A DNA stretch of 41,331 bases from an uncultured Bacilli bacterium (GTDB lineage: Bacteria > Bacillota_I > Bacilli_A > RFN20 > CAG-288). Where the stretch lies: positions 1 to 41,331 of the forward strand of contig CAKUXT010000001.1 in the NCBI GenBank assembly GCA_934700375.1. The letters are read 5' to 3'. Below the pieces are notes generated by a model. That model saw only the letters and a program-made list of their open reading frames with translations. It was not told where the DNA came from and made no database searches. Numbering within the stretch: position 1 is the stretch's first letter; every line of letters begins with the position of its first letter. The position numbers and the translations under genes were made by a program. This document shows, piece by piece, positions 24,596 to 32,743 of this stretch.

Positions 24596-27163
24596 ATGAA
24601 AGAAAACGAAAAATACAATGTAACCGGTATGACCTGTGCATCCTGTCAGATGCATGTCGAAAAAGCAGTTTCCCATTTAAAAGGAGTCAAGGAGTGTAAC
24701 GTCAATCTGATGATGAACGATATGACGGTCACTTATGATGATAAGCTGACAAGCGATGATATCATCAAAGCTGTTGAGAAAGCAGGATATGGAGCATCTC
24801 TTGCTATTGAAGGAAGAAAAGAAACAAAACCAAAAGAGGATAATATTGAAACGAAGTCATCGTTGATTCGATTGATTCTGTCTATTGTACTTTTGATTCC
24901 TCTTTTCTATATTTCGATGGCCTATATGACAATGGGAGAATGGAATTGGCCCTTAGGTGCATTCGGAGAGAATCCTTTCTATATCGGTTTGACTGAGATG
25001 GCTCTCTCATTGATCATCATGCTATTGAATTATCGCTTCTTTGTCTCTGGATTCAAGTCCATGATCCATGGCGGAGCGAATATGGATACGCTGGTCGCAT
25101 TAGGAAGCTCTGTCGCATTCATCTATTCCTTTGCGATGATGTTTGTCATGTCCTCTTATGCCAAGGACAATGAATGGAACAAGGTGATGATGTATTCGAT
25201 GAATCTCTCTTTTGAGACATCAGGCATGGTTCCTACTTTGATCAGCATCGGAAAGACACTGGAGACCATCTCCAAAGGAAAGACGGCCTCTGCTATACGA
25301 TCCTTATTAGCAATGGCTCCGAAAGAAGCGTGTGTCATAAGAGACGGAGAAGAGAAAATCATTCCTGTCGATCAGGTCAGATTAGATGATACTTTCATCG
25401 TAAGACCTGGACAGAATGTTCCTGTCGATGGGGTTGTCATCGATGGAACATCTGCAATCGATGAATCAATTCTGACAGGTGAATCTCTTCCTGTCGATAA
25501 GGGAAAAGGCAGTTCAGTATCATCTGGTACGATGAATAAAAACGGAACTCTTATCTGCAAAGCAACGAAGGTAGGAGATGAAACGACCTTAAATCAAATT
25601 GTGAAAATGGTAGAAGAAGCAAGCGGAACAAAAACCAATATTTCCCGCATTGCTGATAAAGTGGCTGGCGTATTTGTTCCGATTGTCATCTCCATTGCTC
25701 TTGTTGTATTCATCTTCTGGCTGATCTTCGGAAAAGGGTTTGTATCTGCTAATCTTCATGTCACTACATTCTCTTATGCTTTAGAGCGTGCCATTGCTGT
25801 TTTAGTCATCTCCTGTCCTTGTGCTTTAGGGCTTGCAACTCCAGTTGCCATTATGGTCGGCAATGGAAAGGCAGCAAGAAACGGAATCCTTTTCAAAACG
25901 GCTTCTGCGATGGAAGAGACAGGGAAAACAGATTATGTTGTCTTAGATAAGACAGGTACGATTACAAAAGGTGAAATCAAGGTTTCCAATATCATCTCTT
26001 TAGCGGATGAAAATGAATTGTCTTGTATTGCTTACTCTTTGGAAAGAGGATCAGAACATCCTCTAAGCAAAGCAATCACCTCTTACATGAGTGAGAAGAA
26101 TGTCGAGAAAATCGATTGTGTCGATTTTAAGGCACTGCCTGGTTCTGGTGTAGAAGGTATAGTTGATGGTAAGAGATGTTTTGCCGGAAACGAAAAGATG
26201 ATGAAAGAGAGAGGAATCGCTCTTGATGAAGTAAAAGACAAAGTCTCTGAGGAACAGGGACAAGGAAAGACCTGTCTCTTCTTTGCGAAAGAGAATCAGT
26301 TATTAGGCGTCATATTTGTTTCGGATGTCATCAAAGAGGATAGCAAAGAAGCAATTTCCTTGATGAAGGAAGAAGGACTTTCTGTGATTATGCTCACTGG
26401 CGATAACTATAGAACGGCTAAGAAGATTGCTTCTGATGTCGGAGTCGATGCTTTTGTAAGTGATGTCCTTCCTGATGGAAAATCGGAAGTGATCAAAGAA
26501 CTGAAAAAACACGGAAAAGTCATGATGGTAGGAGACGGCATCAATGATGCACCTGCTCTTACAGAAGCTGATATCGGTGTCGCTATCAAAAAGGGAAGCG
26601 ATATCGCTATGGATTCTGCAGATGTCATCTTGATGAAATCTTCATTGATGGATGCTTTAAAAGCAATCCGCTTATCAAGACATACCTTCCTCAATATCAA
26701 AGAGAATCTCTTCTGGGCCTTCATCTACAATATCATCATGATTCCGATTGCAGCCGGTGCCTTTTCTTCTTTAGGTCTGGCAAAGATGAAACCTTGGATG
26801 GGTGCAGCTATGATGTCTGTTTCTTCACTTACTGTCGTGCTTAATGCACTGAGAATCAATCTCTTCTCTTTGGATAAGAAGAGAAAAGCGAAAGCAAAGA
26901 AAGAGATACCGTCTATTCTGACAAAGAAGAAGATTACTGATACAAAGAAAGTGACATTGCTGATTCCTGATATGATGTGTGAGAATTGCGTAAAGCACAT
27001 CAAAGAAGGATTGTTATCAAATCAGGATGTTGTCAGTGCTGATGTATCACTGGAGAAGAAAGAAGCAGTCATTGTGATCGATAAGTCATCAGATATACAG
27101 GACCTTATAAAAACAATAGAGGGCCTTGGCTATCAGGCGAGTATAATACAGGAAAATAAATGA
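24596..27163 (+). CDS. copA: Copper-translocating P1B-type ATPase with N- and C-terminal metal-binding domains
   Basis: The ORF is 855 aa. It has an N-terminal HMA domain (GMTCASC), the CPC motif (SCPCALG), DKTGT and GDGINDAP. An extra C-terminal HMA domain (PDMMCENC) follows the last TM. Confidence 0.95.
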   Translation: MKENEKYNVTGMTCASCQMHVEKAVSHLKGVKECNVNLMMNDMTVTYDDKLTSDDIIKAVEKAGYGASLAIEGRKETKPKEDNIETKSSLIRLILSIVLLIPLFYISMAYMTMGEWNWPLGAFGENPFYIGLTEMALSLIIMLLNYRFFVSGFKSMIHGGANMDTLVALGSSVAFIYSFAMMFVMSSYAKDNEWNKVMMYSMNLSFETSGMVPTLISIGKTLETISKGKTASAIRSLLAMAPKEACVIRDGEEKIIPVDQVRLDDTFIVRPGQNVPVDGVVIDGTSAIDESILTGESLPVDKGKGSSVSSGTMNKNGTLICKATKVGDETTLNQIVKMVEEASGTKTNISRIADKVAGVFVPIVISIALVVFIFWLIFGKGFVSANLHVTTFSYALERAIAVLVISCPCALGLATPVAIMVGNGKAARNGILFKTASAMEETGKTDYVVLDKTGTITKGEIKVSNIISLADENELSCIAYSLERGSEHPLSKAITSYMSEKNVEKIDCVDFKALPGSGVEGIVDGKRCFAGNEKMMKERGIALDEVKDKVSEEQGQGKTCLFFAKENQLLGVIFVSDVIKEDSKEAISLMKEEGLSVIMLTGDNYRTAKKIASDVGVDAFVSDVLPDGKSEVIKELKKHGKVMMVGDGINDAPALTEADIGVAIKKGSDIAMDSADVILMKSSLMDALKAIRLSRHTFLNIKENLFWAFIYNIIMIPIAAGAFSSLGLAKMKPWMGAAMMSVSSLTVVLNALRINLFSLDKKRKAKAKKEIPSILTKKKITDTKKVTLLIPDMMCENCVKHIKEGLLSNQDVVSADVSLEKKEAVIVIDKSSDIQDLIKTIEGLGYQASIIQENK

Positions 27164-27177
27164 AGGAGGTAATTATC

Positions 27178-27408
27178 ATGTCATTGTTTTCTAAAAAGCA
27201 GGAAGTGTTGATTGAAGGGATGAAATGTGAAGGATGCGAAAGACATATGGAAGAGGCCTTAGGCAAAATCGAAGGTGTAAAGAGCGTCAAGGCATCCCAT
27301 ACTGACAACAACGCAATTGTCAAAAGCAAGAATGGAATCAGCGAAGAGGATGCAAGAAAAGCAGTAGAGAGCTGCAATAAGAAGTTCTTAGGAATCAAAG
27401 AGATCTAA
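27178..27408 (+). CDS. copZ: Copper chaperone (HMA domain)
   Basis: The ATG at 27178 has GAAGGAGG 8 nt upstream. The track start at 27160 overlaps the copA stop and has no SD. The metal-binding motif is GMKCEGC. Confidence 0.85.
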   Translation: MSLFSKKQEVLIEGMKCEGCERHMEEALGKIEGVKSVKASHTDNNAIVKSKNGISEEDARKAVESCNKKFLGIKEI

Positions 27409-27671
27409 TGAAAGCCGATCATAAACAGATCAAGTCCAGATTGAATATCGTCAAAGGCCAATTGGAAGGAATATCCAAGATGATCGATGAGGATGCATAC
27501 TGCATCGACATCTCCAACCAGATATTGGCTGTGATATCAGCGCTGAAAAAGATCGATAATATTGTGATTGCCAATCACATCCGTTGCTGTGTGATGGATG
27601 CAAAAGGCAAAGAAGACGAAGAAGAAAAAATGAAGGAGCTTGAAAAGACTTTGGACAGAATGACAAATTAG
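27408..27671 (+). CDS. csoR: CsoR-family copper-sensing repressor
   Basis: The ORF is 87 aa. The pattern KSRLNIVKGQLEGISKMIDEDAYCIDISNQILAVISALKKID..ANHIRCC matches the DUF156/CsoR family, with conserved Cys..His..Cys ligands. Confidence 0.9.
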   Translation: MKADHKQIKSRLNIVKGQLEGISKMIDEDAYCIDISNQILAVISALKKIDNIVIANHIRCCVMDAKGKEDEEEKMKELEKTLDRMTN

Positions 27672-27709
27672 TCTGTCTTATCTATCTCCTGTCTGTATCG
27701 ATATGAATT

Positions 27710-27747
27710 GTCTCTCCTAGAAGTTTTTAAGGGGAGACATTTTGATT
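27710..27747 (+). terminator. Rho-independent terminator of the cop operon
   Basis: The stem pairs gtctctcc (27710-27717) with ggggagac (27731-27738), including one G-U pair. attttgattt follows. Confidence 0.7.
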
Positions 27748-28072
27748 TAACTAAATAATGCGGTGTGGAATTTTGAATGATAAATAATGGCTTACGTATT
27801 ATGTTTTCAATCATTTTTTAAGATATATGGACATATTAAGCCGCTAAGTGAAGCTCAAAAAAGCGGTTACAAGTTTCTTGAACATTAATGCATCATTTCG
27901 TACTAATTAATAACAAAACGTTGCTTTTTTTTAATAAAACATCAGTTTTTTTCTTTTTTTTGCAAAAGGGAACTTTTAAAAAACAGGCTCACTGTTTTTT
28001 TCTTTTTTAAAAAATAAATATACTCGTTATGTCGATGCATTTCGAAAAATAAAAAGAATGGAGGATTTCTTT

Positions 28073-29026
28073 ATGAGTGCATTAGCTACTATTTTATGTT
28101 TTACGACTTTGTTCAACACATCATCCGCTGGAAATGTTTCATCTGAGGCAAATACATTTTTGCGGGATGCGGCTCAAGAGGTTGTTGTAGATTCTGTTGA
28201 CTCAGTTGATTTCCAAGAGCCTGATTCAGAATTGCTTTTATCAGATGCGGTTTCAAAGCAAGTGATGGATTACACGCTTTTTACTTATGGATTGATGAGT
28301 GATACTATGTATGAGTCTTTGCAAGCCTATTTGAGTGAAGAAGATTCTTTATCTTCTACAGAAAACGGTATGCTTACTTATGATTGCCTTTCTGGTTTTG
28401 TTAAAGAGACTAATATGAATTTCATGACTCTTTTGAAGACAAGCACTGAATTTACTATAGAAGGTAGTGAAACGTTTGATGATGATGGCGAGGAGGAAGA
28501 ATGGGATTCATATACAACAGTAGATTCCGAACCGGAAGAAAATCAAGAGTGTGACTATTCTGAAGAAATCCCATTGATTGAACACAATGATTCTAATATG
28601 GAGATGGCTGTCAATAAAAAGGGTTTTTTTGACGGAAGGTTTATTGGCATTTATGCTAACAAAGATGCTTGCGTTGCGGTTTATAATAAATTTACAAAGT
28701 TTGTTCGAAATAAAATCGCTTTATCCGCGGCCGGCTTTTCAAGTGCTGAAGTCTTAGCAGCTTTAGAGTTGGCTTTTCCTGAAGCGGTGGCAAGTTTAAC
28801 TTCATTATTTAGTTCTATGATTGCTGAATTTTCAGCATATTTGTCTTCGTTAGGTGGACCAATCGTGACTGTAATTGCTATTATTGTTGCGGTGTTTGCT
28901 GTTTTGCTAACTACTATTCTTGTTTCAATGTATTATTGTGGTAGTAAACAATGTGGCTTTGCTATCGGCTGGATTGTTCATTCTTTATTCTCTTGGGAAT
29001 GGATTAATGAGGTGGTTTATGATTGA
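28073..29026 (+). CDS. Orphan acidic secreted or membrane-anchored protein
   Basis: The ATG at 28073 has GGAGGA 7 nt upstream. It has a signal-like N-terminus (MSALATILCFTTLFNTSSAG), a very acidic middle (DDDGEEEEWD..EPEENQE) and a C-terminal TM (GGPIVTVIAIIVAVFAVLLTTILVSMYY). I recognise no family. T-ending codons (gtt, gat, tct) are favoured, unlike in the flanking genes. Confidence 0.65.
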   Translation: MSALATILCFTTLFNTSSAGNVSSEANTFLRDAAQEVVVDSVDSVDFQEPDSELLLSDAVSKQVMDYTLFTYGLMSDTMYESLQAYLSEEDSLSSTENGMLTYDCLSGFVKETNMNFMTLLKTSTEFTIEGSETFDDDGEEEEWDSYTTVDSEPEENQECDYSEEIPLIEHNDSNMEMAVNKKGFFDGRFIGIYANKDACVAVYNKFTKFVRNKIALSAAGFSSAEVLAALELAFPEAVASLTSLFSSMIAEFSAYLSSLGGPIVTVIAIIVAVFAVLLTTILVSMYYCGSKQCGFAIGWIVHSLFSWEWINEVVYD

Positions 29027-29984
29027 ACAATTGAATGATAAAAGATATACGTGGCTCTATCTGTCTTTGCTTCTGAATTTTGTATTTGCATTCATTGTAG
29101 GCATCTATACCTATTTTGATGGTATCTACTATGATCAGAACAGCCCATTGCTGAGACTTCAGATCATTGTCATTTCCGTATATTCTCTCTTGTATTTCTT
29201 ATCCCTTGTTTCCAGCACAGTTTCTTATTTTGTACACAAGGGAAAGAAAAAGCTCTTTTTCTCTCTTTATATTCTTCTTTTGTTGGCTTTGTCTATCGGT
29301 TCTATGTTTTTATCGAAAATCACAGTCAAGATGGATTCTGATACTTTTGATATACATGCCAATGTAGCTCCGTTCTTCCTGCTTTTTGTTCCAGTTCTGA
29401 TTCTTATCAAATTCTACCTTCATCGATTTGTCTTCTTGGATATCATCAGAACAAGAAAAGAAAACGGAATGCCGATTCATCTGCAGGATATGTTATTTGA
29501 TAAGAAAAAGTTAGAAACATCTACTGTTTTTACGATGAACATGAGAACGATATTGTGGGTGATCATCTGGGCTTATATGTGTGCATCCGGTATGTTTCTT
29601 TGTTTTTTTGGAATCGATTTTCAGAATGCGTTATTAGCAAGCTGTCTTTCAATCGGCTTTGTTTTATGCATTCTGATAACTGCCTTGTATCTCTTCTTGA
29701 CTGATAAAAAGAAAGGACTGCTCACTTCATCTGTTCCTCTTCTTGCCTTTACTGCACTGAGTCTTCTTGTTGTTCTGTCTTGCTATTTTGCCTATCTGTT
29801 CTTAAAGAGTACAAATCAACTAGATATGATTCCTATCTCTCTTTCTATGAAGATGATCACACCGATCGCGTTCTGTATGCTCCTTTTGATTCTGTCTTTC
29901 CTTCCAACGATATTCAAAGCGATGAAAGAAAATACAGAAAACAAGAAACTTCAGAAAAAAGAAAAGGATTGCTTCAACAAATAG
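29007..29984 (+). CDS. Orphan polytopic membrane protein (about 8 TM)
   Basis: The start is uncertain. ATG 29007 or ATG 29019 both overlap the upstream stop at 29024-29026, suggesting translational coupling. The track start at 28920 lies deep inside the upstream gene. The protein has multiple hydrophobic helices and I recognise no family. Confidence 0.6.
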   Translation: MRWFMIEQLNDKRYTWLYLSLLLNFVFAFIVGIYTYFDGIYYDQNSPLLRLQIIVISVYSLLYFLSLVSSTVSYFVHKGKKKLFFSLYILLLLALSIGSMFLSKITVKMDSDTFDIHANVAPFFLLFVPVLILIKFYLHRFVFLDIIRTRKENGMPIHLQDMLFDKKKLETSTVFTMNMRTILWVIIWAYMCASGMFLCFFGIDFQNALLASCLSIGFVLCILITALYLFLTDKKKGLLTSSVPLLAFTALSLLVVLSCYFAYLFLKSTNQLDMIPISLSMKMITPIAFCMLLLILSFLPTIFKAMKENTENKKLQKKEKDCFNK

Positions 29985-29992
29985 CAATCCTT
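29952..29992 (-). terminator. Rho-independent terminator of vsr, embedded in the 3' end of the convergent gene
   Basis: A perfect 9-bp stem pairs aaggattgc (29964-29972) with gcaatcctt (29984-29992). On the minus strand UUCUUUUUUC follows. The stem includes the first base of the vsr stop codon. Confidence 0.7.
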
Positions 29993-30423
29993 CATTCGAT
30001 ATTCAGTTTCTCTTTCTGACTTTCAATAGCTGCTTCTATTTCGTTCATGACATCTTTCATCTGATGCTTGATTTCATGTTCCCAGAAACGAAGCACGACA
30101 TATCCTAAAGAGACTAACTTCACTTCTGCTTTTCTGTCTCTTTGCTGATTCTTCAGTATTTTCTGATACCAGTAGTCTTTGTTCTCTTTCAGCTGTGATT
30201 CGATCTTGTTGAGATCATATCCGTGAAAGAAATCTCCGTCACAGAAGATACAGATTCTGTATTTGGATAAGAGGATATCAGGATGACCTGGAAGAGAGGA
30301 TACATTCTTTCTATATCGATGGTTTGATGCATAAAGCTGTTTCCTTAACATTTTCTCAATCGAGGTATCCTTGCCTCTGATTCTGGACATGTTATAGGAG
30401 ACGGCTTCTTTAGTTTTCTTCAT
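29992..30423 (-). CDS. vsr: Very-short-patch repair endonuclease
   Basis: The ORF is 143 aa. The sequence SYNMSRIRGKDTSIEKMLRKQL...LPGHPDILLSKYRICIFCDGDFFHG...YWYQKILKNQQRDRK...LGYVVLRFWEHE is colinear with the E. coli Vsr motifs. Confidence 0.88.
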   Translation of the reverse strand: MKKTKEAVSYNMSRIRGKDTSIEKMLRKQLYASNHRYRKNVSSLPGHPDILLSKYRICIFCDGDFFHGYDLNKIESQLKENKDYWYQKILKNQQRDRKAEVKLVSLGYVVLRFWEHEIKHQMKDVMNEIEAAIESQKEKLNIE

Positions 30424-30826
30424 GCTGATGAATGTAACGTAAGGCGCCTCTCAACACTTGTTTGTCTGTCTCATGCGTAAGGATGGCAAGTGCTCTTTTC
30501 TCGATGAGCCATTCGATGTGATTGACTTCGCTTTCCTGCGGTTTGATATGATTGGAAATAGGGGTGGCCAGGAAGAATGTCACATCCTTTTTGATATCCT
30601 GTGTAGGCTTATAAGTGATGGTATGGGAGAAATTGGTATCCAGTCTGACGTCAAGATCTGTTTCTTCTTTGATTTCTCTTAATGCGCACTGTTCGGGTGT
30701 TTCACCTTCTTCGATATGACCTTTGGGCAAAGAGATGTGTCCTTGCTGCATGAATTCGATCAGGATATAGATGGAATCTTTTCTTTTCTCGTAGACGACG
30801 GCACCATAGCTGTATTCTTGTTTCAT
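30410..30826 (-). CDS. Nudix hydrolase (Ap4A-hydrolase-like)
   Basis: The ORF is 138 aa with the Nudix box GHIEEGETPEQCALREIKEETDL. The SD AAGAGG is 8 nt upstream, and the 3' end overlaps the vsr start by 14 nt. Confidence 0.88.
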   Translation of the reverse strand: MKQEYSYGAVVYEKRKDSIYILIEFMQQGHISLPKGHIEEGETPEQCALREIKEETDLDVRLDTNFSHTITYKPTQDIKKDVTFFLATPISNHIKPQESEVNHIEWLIEKRALAILTHETDKQVLRGALRYIHQHEEN

Positions 30827-30855
30827 GTTTTATGCCTCTTTTTGTGTTTCTAATT

Positions 30856-30864
30856 ATTATAACA
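30856..30864 (-). promoter_or_regulatory. Candidate extended -10 promoter of the nudix-vsr operon
   Basis: The minus strand reads TGTTATAAT (TGnTATAAT). It sits directly after the upstream terminator and about 30 nt before the ATG at 30826. Confidence 0.5.
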
Positions 30865-30897
30865 AAAAACTCCGCTATACCCGAAGGTATAACGGAG
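30862..30897 (-). terminator. Strong rho-independent terminator (minus strand)
   Basis: A 12-bp stem pairs ctccgctatacc with ggtataacggag around the loop cgaa. The single mismatch becomes a G-U pair only in the minus-strand RNA. UUUUUUG follows on the minus strand. Confidence 0.75.
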
Positions 30898-31226
30898 AGA
30901 GCAAAAGGAATTTTTATGTTGGAACTTATTATCAATTTCAGGTGTCTCAAGAAGTCATTTCTTTTGACACTAACAATATACTAAGTTGAGACCTGATTGT
31001 CAATAGTTTTTTGAAGAAATTGAAAACTCGGTCCTAAAAATGAAGTCAAAATAACATTTGATGTTAAAAAGTCCGAATTTTCTAGGAAAATTTCAACAAC
31101 AAATGTTCACGAAATTGGTTGTTTATAAAGTCGGTAAAAAGCCAAACAAACATTAAAACAATGAGTTTACTATATTATTCGCTATAATTCCCACCCTATT
31201 ATAGTATGAGAATCCGCTTGTCATTT

Positions 31227-32609
31227 TTAACGTTTGTCTAAGTTCGATTCCTGAACGAAATGTTCAAAGAACTCCTGATGGACGATAGCATCATTGGGCC
31301 TATTGGATGTCTGATAGACTGCATTTGCAAGCATCAGGAAAAGGAATACTGGAATCAGATAGATGGAATCTCCGACATATCCGATCAGATTCAATTGAAG
31401 AAGGAATACAAGGAACAAGAATCTTTCGCTTGTCTTTTTCTTCAATGAAATATAGTAGAGATTGATTTCAAAGATGACATAAGCGATAAGGGAAAGAGAA
31501 CCACCGAAAGTCATAGTCGTCAATACAGTGTTGCTTGAGAAGGTGATGATTCCATCCTTTGTCATACTGGCGATGGACGGGCCGAAGAAGGGATTCTCTT
31601 TGAACATAGTGATCGCATTCTGATACAATGCCCATCTTCCCTCTGGAATGTCGCTTAAGGGATTGAGAGCCTTCAAAGAGTTGATGATGTTGGTGTTTGC
31701 CGTATGATTCAGACCGATCAGAAGAGAAAGGATCGAACCTGTGACAATCAATGAAATGAGGACAAGATAAGGATATTTGTTCTCGTAAGTTCTGAAGGAG
31801 AGGAAGATGATAGGAACAATGGAAAGGAGAAGGCATACAAGACCGGAAGAAGAGGAGATCAGAAGGATTCCGACGATGTTGCATAAGACGACGGCGATGG
31901 CGCTGTATTTCTTCTTTGCGGTATTCATCGCCAAGAAAGGCAGTGATAAACATAATATCGTACTTGCAGTCGAGCTGTTAAGCGCCCATCCTAATGAGAA
32001 TGATTTCCATTCTAATGGGGCAGCCTGTTTATCAAGAACGATAGCTAAGATGACCTGCAGGGTGATGACAACATCCAAGCATGCGATTGAGTGGGAAAGA
32101 TAAGGAAGTGTTTCTCCTCTTCCTAATACTGTGAAGAAGAATATCGATAAAAGGATCAGTAAATACAGAGCGGTGATATATAAGATGCCGCGGTAGTCTT
32201 TGCTTCCGTCTTTGATCATGTTGTAGAGGTAGGAGACTAAAAACGTGGATACAAGGATCAAGAGGGAGAAGAAGAGTTCGCCTTTGACAAGTTTCGGTTT
32301 GTTGATCGCCAGAAATACAATGCAGGAAAGAATCAGCGCGATACCGGTGAGAAGGACTTCTCCCGGTATGCCGTTTAGTCCTGATACATTGTTCGGAAGC
32401 ACGATTTCAAAGAGGAAGAGAGGAAGATAGCACTTTCCTTCTTTTCCAAAGAGAGGAAGAAAACAGGCTAACGCATAAAAGGAAGCCGGAAGATAGACTA
32501 ACGGGTCAGGTGTTATCCATGTTAAGAAGGCAAGCAGTGCTATTGTGATAGGATAAAAGACAGAAGAAAGATATTTTCTGATCTCATCCAATAAGGTATT
32601 GATTTGCAT
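31227..32609 (-). CDS. O-antigen ligase/polymerase-like polytopic membrane protein
   Basis: The ORF is 460 aa with about 11-12 TM helices and a mid-protein loop, a layout typical of Wzy_C/O-antigen-ligase-like proteins. The assignment rests on topology and context only. Confidence 0.45.
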   Translation of the reverse strand: MQINTLLDEIRKYLSSVFYPITIALLAFLTWITPDPLVYLPASFYALACFLPLFGKEGKCYLPLFLFEIVLPNNVSGLNGIPGEVLLTGIALILSCIVFLAINKPKLVKGELFFSLLILVSTFLVSYLYNMIKDGSKDYRGILYITALYLLILLSIFFFTVLGRGETLPYLSHSIACLDVVITLQVILAIVLDKQAAPLEWKSFSLGWALNSSTASTILCLSLPFLAMNTAKKKYSAIAVVLCNIVGILLISSSSGLVCLLLSIVPIIFLSFRTYENKYPYLVLISLIVTGSILSLLIGLNHTANTNIINSLKALNPLSDIPEGRWALYQNAITMFKENPFFGPSIASMTKDGIITFSSNTVLTTMTFGGSLSLIAYVIFEINLYYISLKKKTSERFLFLVFLLQLNLIGYVGDSIYLIPVFLFLMLANAVYQTSNRPNDAIVHQEFFEHFVQESNLDKR

Positions 32610-32743
32610 ACAATTAGTATAACAACCGACATCAATTTCTAAAAGAGCATAATTTTCTTTTTGAAATAGGTGGAAAAGATGGATTGATGAACAAACGTGA
32701 TAGAAAAAACGCTCTATTAGTGTTTTAATAATAAGGTATTTAT

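Noticed and set aside
27945-28008. The poly-T direct repeat (gtttttttctttttt x2) as a specific regulatory repeat
   Set aside because: This is low-complexity T-tract sequence in an extremely AT-rich spacer. It is likely to reflect intrinsic curvature or UP-element-like DNA, or slippage, rather than a sequence-specific site. It is mentioned only as context for the islet.
29992-30826. A hidden methyltransferase or restriction gene next to vsr
   Set aside because: Both flanks were checked in all frames. The neighbours are a Nudix hydrolase and an orphan membrane protein, and no SAM-binding (FxGxG) or PCQ motifs of C5-methyltransferases were seen within the window.
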